Source of the DNA: Eledone cirrhosa
Lineage: Eukaryota
NCBI GenBank assembly: GCA_964016885.1
Contig: OZ024746.1
Span: 35,774,001 to 35,838,000, forward strand
Direction of reading: 5' to 3'
Length of the DNA stretch: 64,000 nucleotides
The translations under genes were made by a program, and so were the position numbers. How positions within the stretch are numbered: the stretch's first letter is position 1; the number at the start of each line of letters is the position of its first letter. Under the pieces are notes generated by a model, which worked only from the letters and a program-made list of their open reading frames with translations, did not search any database and was not told where the DNA came from. Positions 29,406 through 45,184 of this stretch are shown piece by piece.

Positions 29406-29490
29406 CATATATAAAAACAGCTATTAGCATAATAATAATAATTAGCATAGAAGATGTGATAATGATATGATTAAACACACACACATATAT

Positions 29491-29521
<31 letters not shown>

Positions 29522-29603
29522 CGGCCGTTGCTCAGCCGTCGGCGTCCTGACTCTTTTCCTATATATGCATACATACACACACAGAGACACACACACATAT
29601 ATA

Positions 29604-29677
<74 letters not shown>

Positions 29678-29680
<3 letters not shown>

Positions 29681-30382
29681 CGCTAATTATTTTCCATTTT
29701 GACGTTATAGTCACTTATATATTATGAAATATTGTTGGCTTCGCGCTCACAATAATTTCTATACTTTCATTTATATTTATACTCGGAATGTTTTCTAGAG
29801 TGCTTAAAATTATTTGTGACTAATCCCGGTCTTTAAAAAAAAAATACGCGGTAATATTGCTATTTTGCTGAACTCCTTACATTTGCTGAGTTTTTTTTCG
29901 GATTGTTTTTTGACTGGTGTTTCCTGTAAACAGACATGCGTCTCATTCTGACGTCACCAGCCATGTAGCTCCGTGTGCGATTATTTTCATATTTACGCAT
30001 GAGTTGAACTAGCCTGCTTTTAAATTCCCTTTTTGGCATATTTCTGGCAGTGGTTTAGGGTTATCGTGTTGAGCTCTACTGATGAACGGTCCAACCGTGA
30101 CCATCCCCACAGCAAGGTTCGTTAAATGGTCTTTTTAAGACTATATAGAGCATTTGAAGTTTTTCCAAATTGAAGGATGAGTATTTAAACTTTATTTTAT
30201 TCAGAGTTAAGGCTCTATTGATTTTTCCCTGGATTTAACAAAATTCTATGGATAAATCTATGTCTTGATTTTTCTAAAAATTGAGTTTGAACTATTTTCC
30301 CACATCTTACGTTAATTATTTTCCATTTTGACGTTATAGTCACTTATACATATTATGAAATTTCTATACTTTCATTTATATG
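29678..30382 (+). mobile_element. About 700-bp non-coding element with terminal direct repeats and an internal hammerhead (retrozyme/pLTR-like)
   Basis: ttacg(c/t)taattattttccattttgacgttatagtcactta at 29678 and 30307; (TA)n on both sides. Confidence 0.75.
30073..30151 (+). ncRNA. Type I hammerhead, G12 mutated
   Basis: gctcta CTGATGA acg..cgt TAAA tggtct tttta agacta TA tagagc; 6-bp stem I and 7-bp stem III. Confidence 0.7.
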
Positions 30383-30385
30383 TAT

Positions 30386-30442
<57 letters not shown>

Positions 30443-30870
30443 ACCAAAGATTAATATGGTTCGTTGATTACTCAACGAATACAGTTTTACAATAAATTAG
30501 AACCACCCAACAGCAAAGGTTTTCCTGGAGTTCTTAATATTATTCAAAATGTTAACAAATGAAACATATTCGTATCATCACAATATATACTTTATTATCT
30601 ATATTTCAAAGGTACTGTGCGGTTTTTGTAAGTACGTCCTCATCAGACAAAATATATGATTTGATATATGTCATATCGCTACGGTCTTGATTATTCGATT
30701 CCCGTATTGGCAGTACGGGAATTGAATAATCAAGACCGTAGCGGTATGTCATATATCAAATCATATATTTTGTCTGATGAGCACGTACTGAAAAAAAGAG
30801 CACAGTACCTGTGAAATATATATAATAAAGTATATATTTTGATTATGCGAATATTTTTCATTTGTTAACA
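30443..30870. mobile_element. Fold-back element (arms about 30547-30706 and 30713-30870) with an HHR motif in each arm
   Basis: Plus-strand ttttgt CTGATGA gca cgtactg..cagtac c tgt GAAA tata TA taat (30768-30826); mirror at 30594-30651. Confidence 0.8.
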
Positions 30871-30900
30871 GCGTATATTCCTTTCATTATATCCTTTCAT

Positions 30901-31021
30901 TCTCGCATGCTCCGAAGAACTGACTGGTTATAATTTTGTATTGGCCGTCGAATAACGTGAAAACAAGCGAATAGCGATCTCTAGATCGACCAGTTCAGAG
31001 AAACAATTGTCAGCAATGAGA
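30901..31021 (+). ncRNA. Type I hammerhead (CCGAAGA core) with long stem II
   Basis: tgct CCGAAGA a ctga ctggt...accag t tcag a GAAA caattg TC agca. Confidence 0.72.
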
Positions 31022-31094
31022 TTAAAACCATATTTTGTATAGCAAACCATGTCAATCTTCTTTCCTGATTTATATATATATATATATATATATA

Positions 31095-32160
31095 AGTATT
31101 AAGTTGTTAAACAATATTCGATGATTAGGTCAAATAATGAGTTTTACAGTAGATTGGAAGCACTCAACGGCTAAATACATTTCAGGAGATATTAATATTA
31201 AAATATAAGTATTAATAAAATAGATGTTCTTTTGATCAATTACATTTTATTATACATATTTCGGATGTACAAAATTACGTCCTCATCAGACAAAATATAA
31301 TGATACATGACATACCCTGAGATGTTAAATGGTTAAGATTTAATCAAGGTAGTGATTACCCGATAGAACATTTTACTTACTTAATATCTGTGTGAGAGTG
31401 CGAAAACTTAATGAATTCATTAGAGAATGTGTGGGTAAGAAAATATGTTGCATACTTAAAGTTTTCTAAATTTTAAATTGTATGATACTACAATATATCT
31501 ATGGAAACGTCTCATGAATCATAACAGCCAGTGATAGCCACTGGAAAAAGATTTATAAGGAGGGAAAGATAAAGTGTTGAGGGGGGGGGGGGGGTCCGAA
31601 AGTTAGACGGTTAGAATTTGAAAATATTTAATTTATAATATTAATGTTAAGACTCCAGATTTCAGTATTATTTGCTATTTATTTATATATTATTTATATA
31701 AATTCGATAAGTGTATTATCATTTCTAAACTTCTGAATTGTGAGAATAACATGTTAAAGGATTTAGCTGGCACGTAAAGAATGAAATATTATACTGTTGA
31801 TTAATTACCTAAATCTAAACTTTTACAAATATCTCAACATATTAGGTATGTAAATCTTTTGAAGTACTTATTGTTATGAATATTTTAATAACTATTATGT
31901 ATATAGGTATATATTAATGAGTCAGTATGTATAAGGTAAATAATACCCACGAAGATAAAAATAAAATAAAATAATATGTTACGGATAAAATTTATACATA
32001 TGTATATTTGGGTGTAAATGCACTAATTATTCTTCAACCAAGATATCAACATCTTATTAGATATAGGGATGTATATATATAGATATATATTAGGTATTAT
32101 TAATGTAGTATAATTTTGGTAAATGATAACAGTTATACTCTTTACAACGTGTCACATTTA
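31095..32160 (-). mobile_element. Decayed PLE 3' end with hammerhead at 31249-31295
   Basis: Minus strand ttttgt CTGATGA gga cgta..tac a tcc GAAA tatg TA taat. Upstream are faint H..FRN..IWSL endonuclease-like residues. Confidence 0.5.
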
Positions 32161-32161
32161 A

Positions 32162-32240
<79 letters not shown>

Positions 32241-32258
32241 ATATAATAAAAACGAACA

Positions 32259-32380
32259 ATGAGTGCATGTATAAAGTTCAAAATAATTAACACTTTTATT
32301 AGAAGATTAAGATGGAGAGCTTTTCATTTCGAAAATAAAGAGGCTGAAAGAAAAACCAACAATAATCAGCATTTTCTAAC
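32259..32380 (+). pseudogene. Hydra-like PLE N-terminal fragment
   Basis: FIRRLRWRAFHFEN resembles LKRLRWWAFYFDN at 12.6 kb. Confidence 0.6.
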
Positions 32381-32525
32381 CCAGAAAAAGAGAGAGAGAG
32401 ACACAAAAAAAAAATATATATATATTTTTCTTCCTCATAATCGTCTCATTCGCCCTGTTTTCATATTTATATATATATATACATGTAAATGTGTACACAA
32501 ACTCACACATACGCACACATACGCG

Positions 32526-32556
<31 letters not shown>

Positions 32557-32560
32557 ACGC

Positions 32561-32606
<46 letters not shown>

Positions 32607-32611
32607 TATAT

Positions 32612-33098
32612 ATCTGGGATAACAAGTTATCGTTATAGGTAATCTAGTTAGAGGTTGTGAGTACTCTGCGTCGTGGATAGTTTTAACGAACGTCTTTGTT
32701 TAACTCAACAAGATGTTTCCATAGTTATGCAACGAATTCGCGGTAATTCCTATGCAGGTTATACTTGGAGTAATAATAGTGAAAGAATGAAGAGTAACAT
32801 GGTTGGCTGTACAACAAGAGGCTTTATTTCAAGTACTGACAATTGTTTCATTGACAGGTGAGTCTAGAGGTCGGTAATCGCTTGAAGTTGCGTCACTTGA
32901 TCTCCAATAGATTATTTCGTCTGATCAACACATTTACGTACTCTGATGTGTTGATCACAGGTAAATAATATATTGGAGGTCGAGTGACGCAACTTCAAGC
33001 AATTGGCGACCTCTAGACACACCCGATCAATGAAACAATTGTCAGAACTTGAAATAAAGCGTCTTGTTGTACAGCCAACCATGTTACTCTTCATTCTT

Positions 33099-33103
<5 letters not shown>
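32612..33103. mobile_element. Fold-back element (arms 32778-32910 and 32970-33103) with long-stem II hammerhead at 32938-33048 (+)
   Basis: gtact CTGATGT gttgatc...gatcaat GAAA caattg TC ag(t/a)ac; A9 mutated. Confidence 0.72.
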
Positions 33104-33143
<40 letters not shown>

Positions 33144-33195
33144 AAGTATACATACACACACACACATATATATATCTATCTATCTATCTATATAT

Positions 33196-33230
<35 letters not shown>

Positions 33231-33660
33231 TAATGATCTATGAATGTATTTTTAATCCATCTTGTTGTGATGTATGTTAGAGGTCGACAATAATCACTTT
33301 TTTTTCATTACCGCCTTCTAAGACTTCCTATTGATCTGTTATCTTTTACATCTAAGTACACTCAGTATATAAAAGTTGTTTTCACCCTTCTAGCTTCAAA
33401 TAGTATTTTTATTATTTTCTTGTGATTCTGTTCATGTCATTTTTTTTTTAAATGTAAATTTTTTTTTTAAATGTAATATTTTTTTTATTTAAGAATATTC
33501 AAAGTATAGAATAATGTTTAACTAAAACAAATTCACTTGTCTGCACTTAGAATTTAGTTTGACATACCCAGAGCGAGACAGTGAAATATACACACATCTC
33601 TCTATACATGCTCTTGCTATTATCTCTTTGTATGTTAGTATATTGTTATATCTCTATCTC

Positions 33661-33779
<119 letters not shown>

Positions 33780-33799
33780 TATATATATATATATATATA

Positions 33800-33975
<176 letters not shown>

Positions 33976-34027
33976 TATATACATACATACATGTATATAT
34001 CTATATATCTATATATATTTAAATAAA

Positions 34028-34058
<31 letters not shown>

Positions 34059-37000
34059 GGGCGTGTGTGAGTGTGTGTGAATTTATATATATATATACAC
34101 ACTCACACACACACATACATACACATACATTTTCACACACTTACGCACACTCTGACGCATTTATCTATGACTGCGTGTGTTTGTCTGAGAGTATATTCAT
34201 TTATTTTTAAACGAATTCTGTTTTCTTCATAGTTGTTCAGACATCGAAGTTGCACTGAACTACATTTAGTTGAAGAAAAGAGGCAATATCCAGCTTTAAT
34301 ATCGTTACAGTATCCTGTTAAATAATTATGCTTTCATCTTTTCTCTATTTCCAGATAAACACTTTCTAATATATAGATTGATTAATATATGCCGATTGAA
34401 ATCTTAACACGCAACAGGTTTCGACATCATCAATAGAATCTCAATTCATTTTCATTTTTGGCCACATAGTAAAATCAATTGGACTCCAGGTATGAATCGG
34501 TAAAGTCTTCCAGTTAAAATGCTTCCCTGATTTCACTTTAGATTTACAGGATTCCTTTGATTAAAGATCTCGCTGAAAGACCACAAACGACGTATTAGCG
34601 AGTTGTTTAGTGTATGACACCTTTCTATACCACGATATCTATTCAATACTTTATGAGCTGAAATGTCTCAACGCAATCCTAACTTCAGTATACAACCATA
34701 GATATCTTAGCAGGTGGTTCGCTCTGTATATCCATAAGCCATAAGATCTAGCGTATGTCTCAGATACTGACACGGGAAAATCTGCAATTTAATTGCTTGA
34801 CATGCTAGATCTAGCAGTCACATTTTCTGACCTCACATATTGCTGTACCAAACAACTCATCGGAAGTCGTCGGTTATGTAGAAAGCAATCAGACAAAAAC
34901 AGAAAAATGTGAATTGCTAGAACGCCTGTGTTAATATGAATTCTCGACCATAGTTGGTGACAAATGACATCTACTATATCAATGGCCATTTCTGTCTGTC
35001 TGTGTATATGTATAATCTGTGAATAATTAGTTGGCGCCTGCACCAGTAACCCGATCCTGATGAAGCTTCACACACATGTGAGTGCTGGGGTTATGGTTAT
35101 CGGATGGGATGTGTCGTTTAGCAAATAAGCAGGGAAACCGCTAAGCACTAATGACTCTATTGGCCTTCTGCATCCTGACATTGTAAGTTTAAGCGCACAC
35201 TAAATGTGGGTTGCTTTGAGTAATGCTAAGTTAGTAAGTTCAAAAGTTGGAGTTTAAGTGTTAAGATATGGATAATAAAAAAAATAATATCTGCGATCAT
35301 CAGAATATATTATATATCAGAGTTTTCTATCAATTTACAGAGTTTACTAGATTTGTATAACCAAGGAAACAACGATATATTAACGAAATCCGAAAAGGAG
35401 AAAAATCACTTTCCATGAGGTAATGTGGCTGCGCTTCAAATGCAACAACCTCAGCAACATTCTCCAGAATTGCAGGTTGAAGAAAGAAAGTAAGAGATAA
35501 TTGCATTTGCACTAGCTACATTTGCAGGTATAGTTTCCATTTAGTAACCCGAGACAAAACAACTCGCTGTACTCTCAATCTGATATTGAAACTAACCAAT
35601 CATATGACAATATTTAACGTTAGCATAACAACAGACTAATGGTAGTCGATAAATTAGCGTTGAATAAGAATTTGTGGAAGGTGCATTATGTCTCACAACG
35701 TGGTTCTTTAAACTGTGGATCCGAATGCTAATGTTATAAGGAGAGAAAATAACTTTCATAGTGGATTATCAAGAGTCTAGGAGGTAGTCAGATTTTCATC
35801 AGGCACTTCAAGTCACTCCAAAGTAAACACGTGCTGACGAATTCAAATGCTCTTACAACTGCCACTGTCAATGATAAACGTTACGAAATTTAAATTGTAT
35901 ACAAATACAGGAGCCCATCTCAAACGAAATGGCGTGGTTTTAAACGATACAGATTGTATGGCGTTACCAGCTACGATCTAAATACTTTTCAAACATTCAA
36001 CAAAACATACATAATCACAAATTTTGTCGGTGACCGTTCAAAACAGGCTCCAACATTAAGGTTGTAAATGATTAAATAGATTTTCATGGAAATGAAATTC
36101 TATATAAGACGGTAGACACTGATTTAGAAATCAAGATGGCTGTCACTAAACTAAGATCTTTATTAACATCCAGGTGCCACAAATTCCGTGCAATAACAGA
36201 CCCATGCTGAATGTTGTATTCTAAATTTTAATTGAAACTTGGTTGTTCTACGTTCATGAAATGGAACACGGTCGGCAATAAAGCAAATCATGTCGTATGT
36301 GAGATTAACAATACTTCAAATATATATGGCTGATGAGGATCCTCTTATCCTTAGAATATAAACTATTCACAGTTGATAATCAAATCCCAGAGGAAAATGT
36401 TAAAGATTGCTCGATCAATGAAAGGATTACAATGTTTTTGGAAAGTAAAGTACATGTTGACCTGCATGCACATGGAACACAAAATGAAATAAAGGTATTT
36501 GTTTATAATGGATTCTTAATAAAATGTAAAATAAAAACACTATATTTTGTGAGATTATTCACTGCGACAATAATTCACTCGGAATTTAAAACTTGCACCT
36601 GTCTACATCTCAGCTACCAACTCATAGAACAACCAGTTTAGAGGAAAGAGATAATGCGAAATTAAGAATAACGAGGGTAGTAAACCTTTGTTTTAAATGC
36701 TTTTACTTTGAAATATTTAATGTATGTATTATGCTCCATTTCCCTGTGTTTGTATATATATAAAGAAAAATAAATTTTCACCCTCAGTGTGTGTATGTAT
36801 TGATGTACACACATACACACACACACACAGGTACATACACGCACACACACACATGCATATATATATGTTGTGCGTGTGTGTATGTATATGTGTGGGTGTA
36901 TGTGTGTGCGTAGGTGCTTTGCTATTTACATTCTAGTTTTCGAAAATTATCAATAAAATCTTCAAATTAAAGAAAATCTTATGATATAAATATGTCTTTC

Positions 37001-38639
37001 AACATTCCTATATAATTTCTGTTATACAGCAACACATTTAATAATTATTAAACCTAAAGAAAATAGTACAATACAATTATACTTCATTTGTGATTCTTCA
37101 GGGCAGAATATCCTACTGTATTATGTACAATATGTGTATATATATCATATATGTGTGTGTTCGTGTTCCAGTATGTATGTTTGTCCGTGGATATGTGCAT
37201 GTTTTTCTCAGTGTGTGTGTTTGCATGTTTGTGTGTCAACGAATCCTGTATGCGCCTGCATTATCTGTTTGTATGGTTATTACTTAATGTAGACAACCAA
37301 CAGTTTGCTTGTCGATGATTTCTCACGGATATTTTACTATAATCTCAGATCAAGATGGCGAACATCTATGCGAACATTCGGGATTTTGGAAATACGATCC
37401 AATCATCCTTTATATTAAAATATACCGTTTAAACAAATTTGGCCACATTGAAAATTATAATTCTGGATGTAAAACGGACGAATATAATTTGAAATGTTTA
37501 ATTCCACACAAGGATTCGTATATAAACCAATCATATATATGTATATATATGTCTATGTGGAGTGTTTTAACGTGTATCATAATATATTCATATATTCATT
37601 GTAATGGAAAGCAAAATATCATTTGTCTAATGAGGCACCATACCATATTTCAGCAAATTTATCGTAAATACAAAAATATATATTGTAGCAAAGCTACGAT
37701 CGAACGTAATACCCTATACACCCTACCTTTGAAAACTTACTAAACAACATTTGCCTAATTCCTGTTATGACTGTATTTCATTTTAAATATTGAATACCTG
37801 AAATTGCAAATTTAAATAATGATTGGGTGGATTGGTAGAAACGATAATGCCATATGACAATATATTACTCGATGTCCCTTACCTTTGGTAAATAATATAT
37901 AATGCTCACACACGTATATAGTTATATTCATGCACACTCTCACACAGACTAGTTGGATTCAGTGAATAGAATATTTTGAAAAAAACAAAATAACTATGTG
38001 CAAATCATTCAAATAAAGAAGAAAACAAAACATGACACACGATAAGAAAATGGATTTTCAACTATTAATTTCAAAACATATTTACTTCAGGATGCAAAAA
38101 ATTTAACCAAACACGAAGAACTACATTATATATTACGACAAGTACTCAGAATGCAGATGTAGATAAAATATTTTAACAAAGAAATCCAAAACTTTTATTT
38201 TTTCCCCAGAAAACCAGTTGTTAAAATTTATAACTTCAAGCTACACCATTATAACAAGAATGAAGCTTTTCAATATGTCGAATGTGATTACCAAATTGAT
38301 AGGCATTGAAACGCTAGCAATATATTATTACCTAGATTTATGTCAAGATTTGTTTGAAATAATATACCTACATTTTTCTCTTCTCTTTCCGTATCTTCAC
38401 ATCCTCCCTTTGTTTCCCTATAGCCACAGTATAATAACAGAAAATAGGAATAGAATAACTGAAAAGAGGAGGTTGTTTTTATACAAATTAATTTTCATAC
38501 AGAGACATGTACTAAAAAACACCAAACACACATCCATACACACACACTGAAAAATATGCCCACACACATATAAAAGTATATAAATATGTATGTGTATATG
38601 TAATTGTATCTATATATAAATACACACGCACACACACAC

Positions 38640-38760
<121 letters not shown>

Positions 38761-39173
38761 AATGAATTACAATTTAATAGAAATACCAGAACTTCCCTCG
38801 CATCACCCGCTAAATCATTAAATATATGAGGCATCGAATAGCTTTATACAATCAACAGGAAATGATTTAAACTTTGGATGTGATGAGATAATTATAACCA
38901 ATATCTCACGACGTTAAAAGGAACGCAGAAGCAGGATGTATCCCTCGCTTTTCTCACGTTTCTAGTCCCTTGTCATTCAGATTGGTGTTTTCGTCAAAAG
39001 ACGAACTATTATATGTAAAAAAAAAAGAATTACAATATTGCTATAAATCAATTACTATGTCATTTCCATGGAATGCGCATACTCCTCTGTTTGGATTTGA
39101 CAAGATTATACTAAACCGAAGTGAAGTGAATGGAATGGAATAGAATGAAATTGAAACATTCAATGAAGAAGAA

Positions 39174-39207
<34 letters not shown>

Positions 39208-39359
39208 GTAATAATAATAAAATTGAAGACTAAAATCCAAAGAGGGCTCGATAAGGATAAATATATATCAAATATATAAGAACCGTAGAGCAAATATCTA
39301 TTAAATAAGAGATTAAAGTTTAAGCAAATAATCGCTGCTTTCACCCTTAACGGGATCTT

Positions 39360-39360
<1 letters not shown>
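39208..39360 (-). mobile_element. 3' fragment of the Hydra-like pLTR truncated in the HHR core
   Basis: Reverse complement of 26829-26982. Confidence 0.85.
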
Positions 39361-41040
<1,680 letters not shown>

Positions 41041-41144
41041 GAGAGACTGAGAAAAGAAAGAAGGAATGGCAAGAAAGTGAGATTTAACTACGATATTACG
41101 ATATTTGCAAATCTTGCAAACGATGCTGTAAGCATTTTCATTAA

Positions 41145-41232
41145 CTGTGCCTTTCATCCTTACGGGGTCGATAAAATAAAGTACCAGTAATGTACTGAGT
41201 AATTACTGGCCTTGTGCCTAAAGTAGAAACTA
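41145..41232 (+). mobile_element. 3' half of the SINE
   Basis: gcctttcatccttacggggtcgataaaataaagtacc...gcctaaagtagaaac. Confidence 0.8.
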
Positions 41233-41837
41233 TATTAGAAAATATGTAAATCAATGATTATCTTCTGATAATGCGTCGACATTTGGTTTCATTAGGTATA
41301 CTGTATATAAAAGTATGTTGAATTCTGCCTAATACCACCCTTCCTATATACCGCTGTTTGCCACACAAGTGTTAGTCTCTTCACATTCTTCCAGCTTTCA
41401 CGAGACGCTGTATCAGGGATTCTATATTTGTGTAAACGTTTAACTCTAGAAAAGAAAATTCCTACATTTTCACATGAAGGGTGAAACATTGTGTAGCAGC
41501 TATGTTTATTATACACAAATGACACTATCATATTCCCTTGCTCGCGTCTACTCTGACATTCATTGAATATATGAAAATAACTGAGACAAGACGTTATTTC
41601 ACAGGAAGCATTAAAACATCATAACGTCATCGTATGCATTTTTTTAGTAAAGACACATATATAACTGTGGAAAATATAATTCCTTAATTTTCTCAAGATT
41701 TCTATTCTGTATGTTATGACATTATGACAAATGCATTTAATTTAATTTGCCAAAAGTATTTGAATATAATTCTCATTAAATGTAAAATAATTCACTTATC
41801 CCAATATTTTCAAATGCGTATGATTGCGTGTAATTAA

Positions 41838-41888
<51 letters not shown>

Positions 41889-41891
<3 letters not shown>

Positions 41892-42083
41892 AACAAGTAA
41901 GACCCCGACGGCTGAGCTCAAGCCGTTTCGACGGCTAATTCTGACAGCTAATTTTGACAGAATTAGCCGTCGAAACGGCTTGAGCTCAGCCGTCGGGGTC
42001 TTACTTGTTCCTATTACCCACTCTACTATTGAGTACTTTGGTGCGTTATGGTCCACATGGTTCCTTACCACATTTCCTTCGTT
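41889..42083. mobile_element. Fold-back (about 55-bp arms, 41889-42012) holding the 3' half of a hammerhead
   Basis: Essentially perfect arms; GAAA cggct tgagctc agccg TC gggg. Confidence 0.75.
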
Positions 42084-42098
42084 ATATATATATATATA

Positions 42099-42487
42099 TA
42101 TATTGTTATACTTGGGGAGGGTCATATTTGTGTAATATTGCCAGAATTAATAACAGAACACACTCACTGTTTGGTTGGTTTTCGCTTCTCGCTGTCTTTT
42201 ATATCTGCGATCTAACTTAATCGGTCCTCAATGTTGCCATTGACTGACCGACGGTCAAACATAATACAGATATTGTATCTGTATTATTTTTGACCGTCGG
42301 TCAGTCAATGGCAACATTGAGGACCGATTAAGTTAGATCGCAGATATAAAAGACAGCGAGAAGCGAAAACCAACCAAACAGTGAGTGTGTTCTGTTATTA
42401 ATTCTGGCAATATTACACAAATATGACCCTCCCCAAGTATAACAATATTTGTTTCGACACACGATTTCATATAAAAAACCTCGCTAA

Positions 42488-42490
<3 letters not shown>
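42099..42490. mobile_element. Fold-back of family F (about 170-bp arms, few-nt loop near 42272)
   Basis: 42099-42270 is the reverse complement of 42275-42448. Confidence 0.85.
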
Positions 42491-42529
<39 letters not shown>

Positions 42530-42531
<2 letters not shown>

Positions 42532-42805
42532 GATATATTAACAAATGGTAACTATAATTATAAAACCATATTTATTTTATTATACATATTTCAAGGACAC
42601 CAAGTTAAATTATGGTGTGCTTTCATCAGCACACTATAATTTAACTTGGTGTCCTTGAAATATGTATAATGAAATAAATATGGTTTTATAGATATAGTTT
42701 CCATTTGTTAATATATCGTATTTTTACTCCAATAAATTGTTGAGTGCTTTATATCAGTTATAAAATATTTGCTTGTTATATCTCAACAATTTAAATAGAA
42801 CTTCT

Positions 42806-42810
<5 letters not shown>
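42530..42810. mobile_element. Fold-back with hammerhead core (42579-42630, minus strand)
   Basis: CTGATGA aag c acacca..tggtgt c ctt GAAA tatg TA taat; arms 42530-42622 and 42628-42720. Confidence 0.78.
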
Positions 42811-42890
<80 letters not shown>

Positions 42891-42893
<3 letters not shown>

Positions 42894-43696
42894 ATGAGAA
42901 GAAAGAAGAATACTGCGTGGTTTGCACATGGGTTACATATGATAAAAATAGTCCTTCGTCAGTAATTTTCCAACCATCATTGGTATTTCATCGAATTAAA
43001 AACCAGATACCTCTGGTTGGTGCGAACAATAACTAAAGAAAGTTATTGGGACCAGAATTTGCGTAAGGCGAGAGGGACAAGTAAACAACATAGAAGGATA
43101 ATAAAGGAAAATAAACAAGCAACATGGTTGTCCGGTCAGCATAAGCTGGGTGGATTTCATGAGCGAGGGAGGTACAGGCCGTGTTGATGTGTGTGAGATG
43201 TTAGCAAGAAGAGACTCACACAAGCCAAACGGGAGGAAGTGAGAAGGGGAGAAACATAGAGTGAGTGAGTGGAAGTGTGAGGAAGAGGTCAGTTGAGAGA
43301 AAGTGTAACTGACAGAGGGGGCGAAAGAAGGTGAGAGAAACAAAGAGAGCGGGGAAGCAGTAAGAGAGAAACAGACAAACGCAGCGGAGGTAAATATATA
43401 TAAAAAACATGAGAAGAAAGAAGAATACTGCGTGGTTTGCACATGGGTTACATATGATAACAATAGTCCTTCGTCAGTGATTTTCCAACCATCATTGGTA
43501 TTTCATCGCATTAAAAATCAGATATCTTCGGTTTGCTTTTATCCTTCTATGTTGTTTACTTGTCCCTCTCGCCTTACGCGAATTCTGGTCCCAATAACCT
43601 TCTTCAGTTATTGCTCGCACCAACCTGAGGTATCTTATTTTTAATGCGATGAAATACCAATGATGGTTGGAAAATCACTGACAAAGGACTATTTTG

Positions 43697-43700
<4 letters not shown>
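42891..43700. mobile_element. Family G element: ~515-bp unit with a 120-bp direct repeat followed by an inverted segment
   Basis: 42891-43010 repeats at 43406-43527, and 43535-43700 is the reverse complement of 42940-43105. Confidence 0.8.
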
Positions 43701-43749
<49 letters not shown>

Positions 43750-44840
43750 TACGCATAAATAGGACCGTCATTGCTTCCTTCCAGTATATTCACCACCAAT
43801 AACCACCCGAAGTATCATTACACACACACACACACACACAAACACATACACACATACACACACACGCGTGCGGACACACACATATATATATATATATATA
43901 CTTACATAATATATATACTTACATAATTAAGAAGCGAAGCTTATCGAATAGAATGAACCCATCCTCAGTCGTTTCATACCTGTGTCAATCAATTAAGTTC
44001 GTATTATACAAATTCACACTAAACTGGTGCACACATACGTTCATCCTTGTGATACTTAAGCAGTACGTGTGTAGAAATCCTTAAATGCAACTACCGAGTA
44101 TTACGTCAATAAGTCTTGGCATTACCGTGTTTACAACTCCGGCAGGTAGATAGTGGTAGCAATTGGAAAAAAGATGAAAACATCGTTTCCACTGGTTCGA
44201 TCTGAGTTCCAGCACATCCTGGTAGCAAATGAGGCCTAAGATCTTGCGGATACAGATAAAAATAACGCTGTCCTAAATAATAAATCTTAACATTTAATTG
44301 ATCTTAAATCTTAAGATGTTAGTATTGTTATGATCTTCCATTTCAGGTGCAATGTAATAACATAATATTCAATGAGATTGGATCGTGTTAAATGTCAAAA
44401 GAAATATTGTTAGTTGAATTACTTGGCTATTCTTATAAAAATATGTCAAAGGATGATTGTTTCAAGTTTATTTCCCTCTTGTAAGAATTTTGATTAAATG
44501 CTGCTTAAATAATTAAAGTCAGTTACTACTGTACTTCTTCTTAGATATTTAACCAGAGATAATTGAATTAACATACGCTTTATTACAGTTTGTTAATGAC
44601 TTAAGAAAGTATAGTATGCCACAATTGAATAATATTTTGTATACACTGAGTGTTAAAATGTGTTTTTGGTAAAATGATTTAGGTATACAATATATAGAGA
44701 ATATTAAAGGGGGGGGGGGGGAAGAACAATACTAAAACATCTTTTTGTAATGCCCTGAAGCGGCATTTAACGAATCCTATAAACATATTTCAGCCAATGT
44801 GGAGAAGTGCTTGGTTTAGTGGCAACATTCTCTCTCACTT

Positions 44841-44914
<74 letters not shown>

Positions 44915-44918
44915 GCTA

Positions 44919-44971
<53 letters not shown>

Positions 44972-45184
44972 CTGGGATGGACACACGCGTATAACTTGCT
45001 GAGTAAGTTCTGTTTAAATTTCTATAGAAATTCTTGTCTGATAACTTTAATTTTTGTACCATTTTGTAGAGGGACTGCCAGGTCAAACTTTGATCTGGTC
45101 AGTCTCTCAAAATATTCTACGCCTTTAGGCGAAATAGTTAAAAAAAAGTTTTTTTTTCTTGTTGAAAAGTCAATATTTTTTTAA

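Noticed and set aside
35050-35110. CTGATGA plus hairpin as a hammerhead
   Set aside because: GAAA is replaced by GGGG and stem III is unsupported.
36328-36365. CTGATGA ggat..atcc as a hammerhead
   Set aside because: No GAAA adjacent to stem II and no stem I.
42940-43700. Conserved CTGANGA in family G (also 18980) as a hammerhead
   Set aside because: I could not find a correctly placed GAAA with consistent stems I-III.
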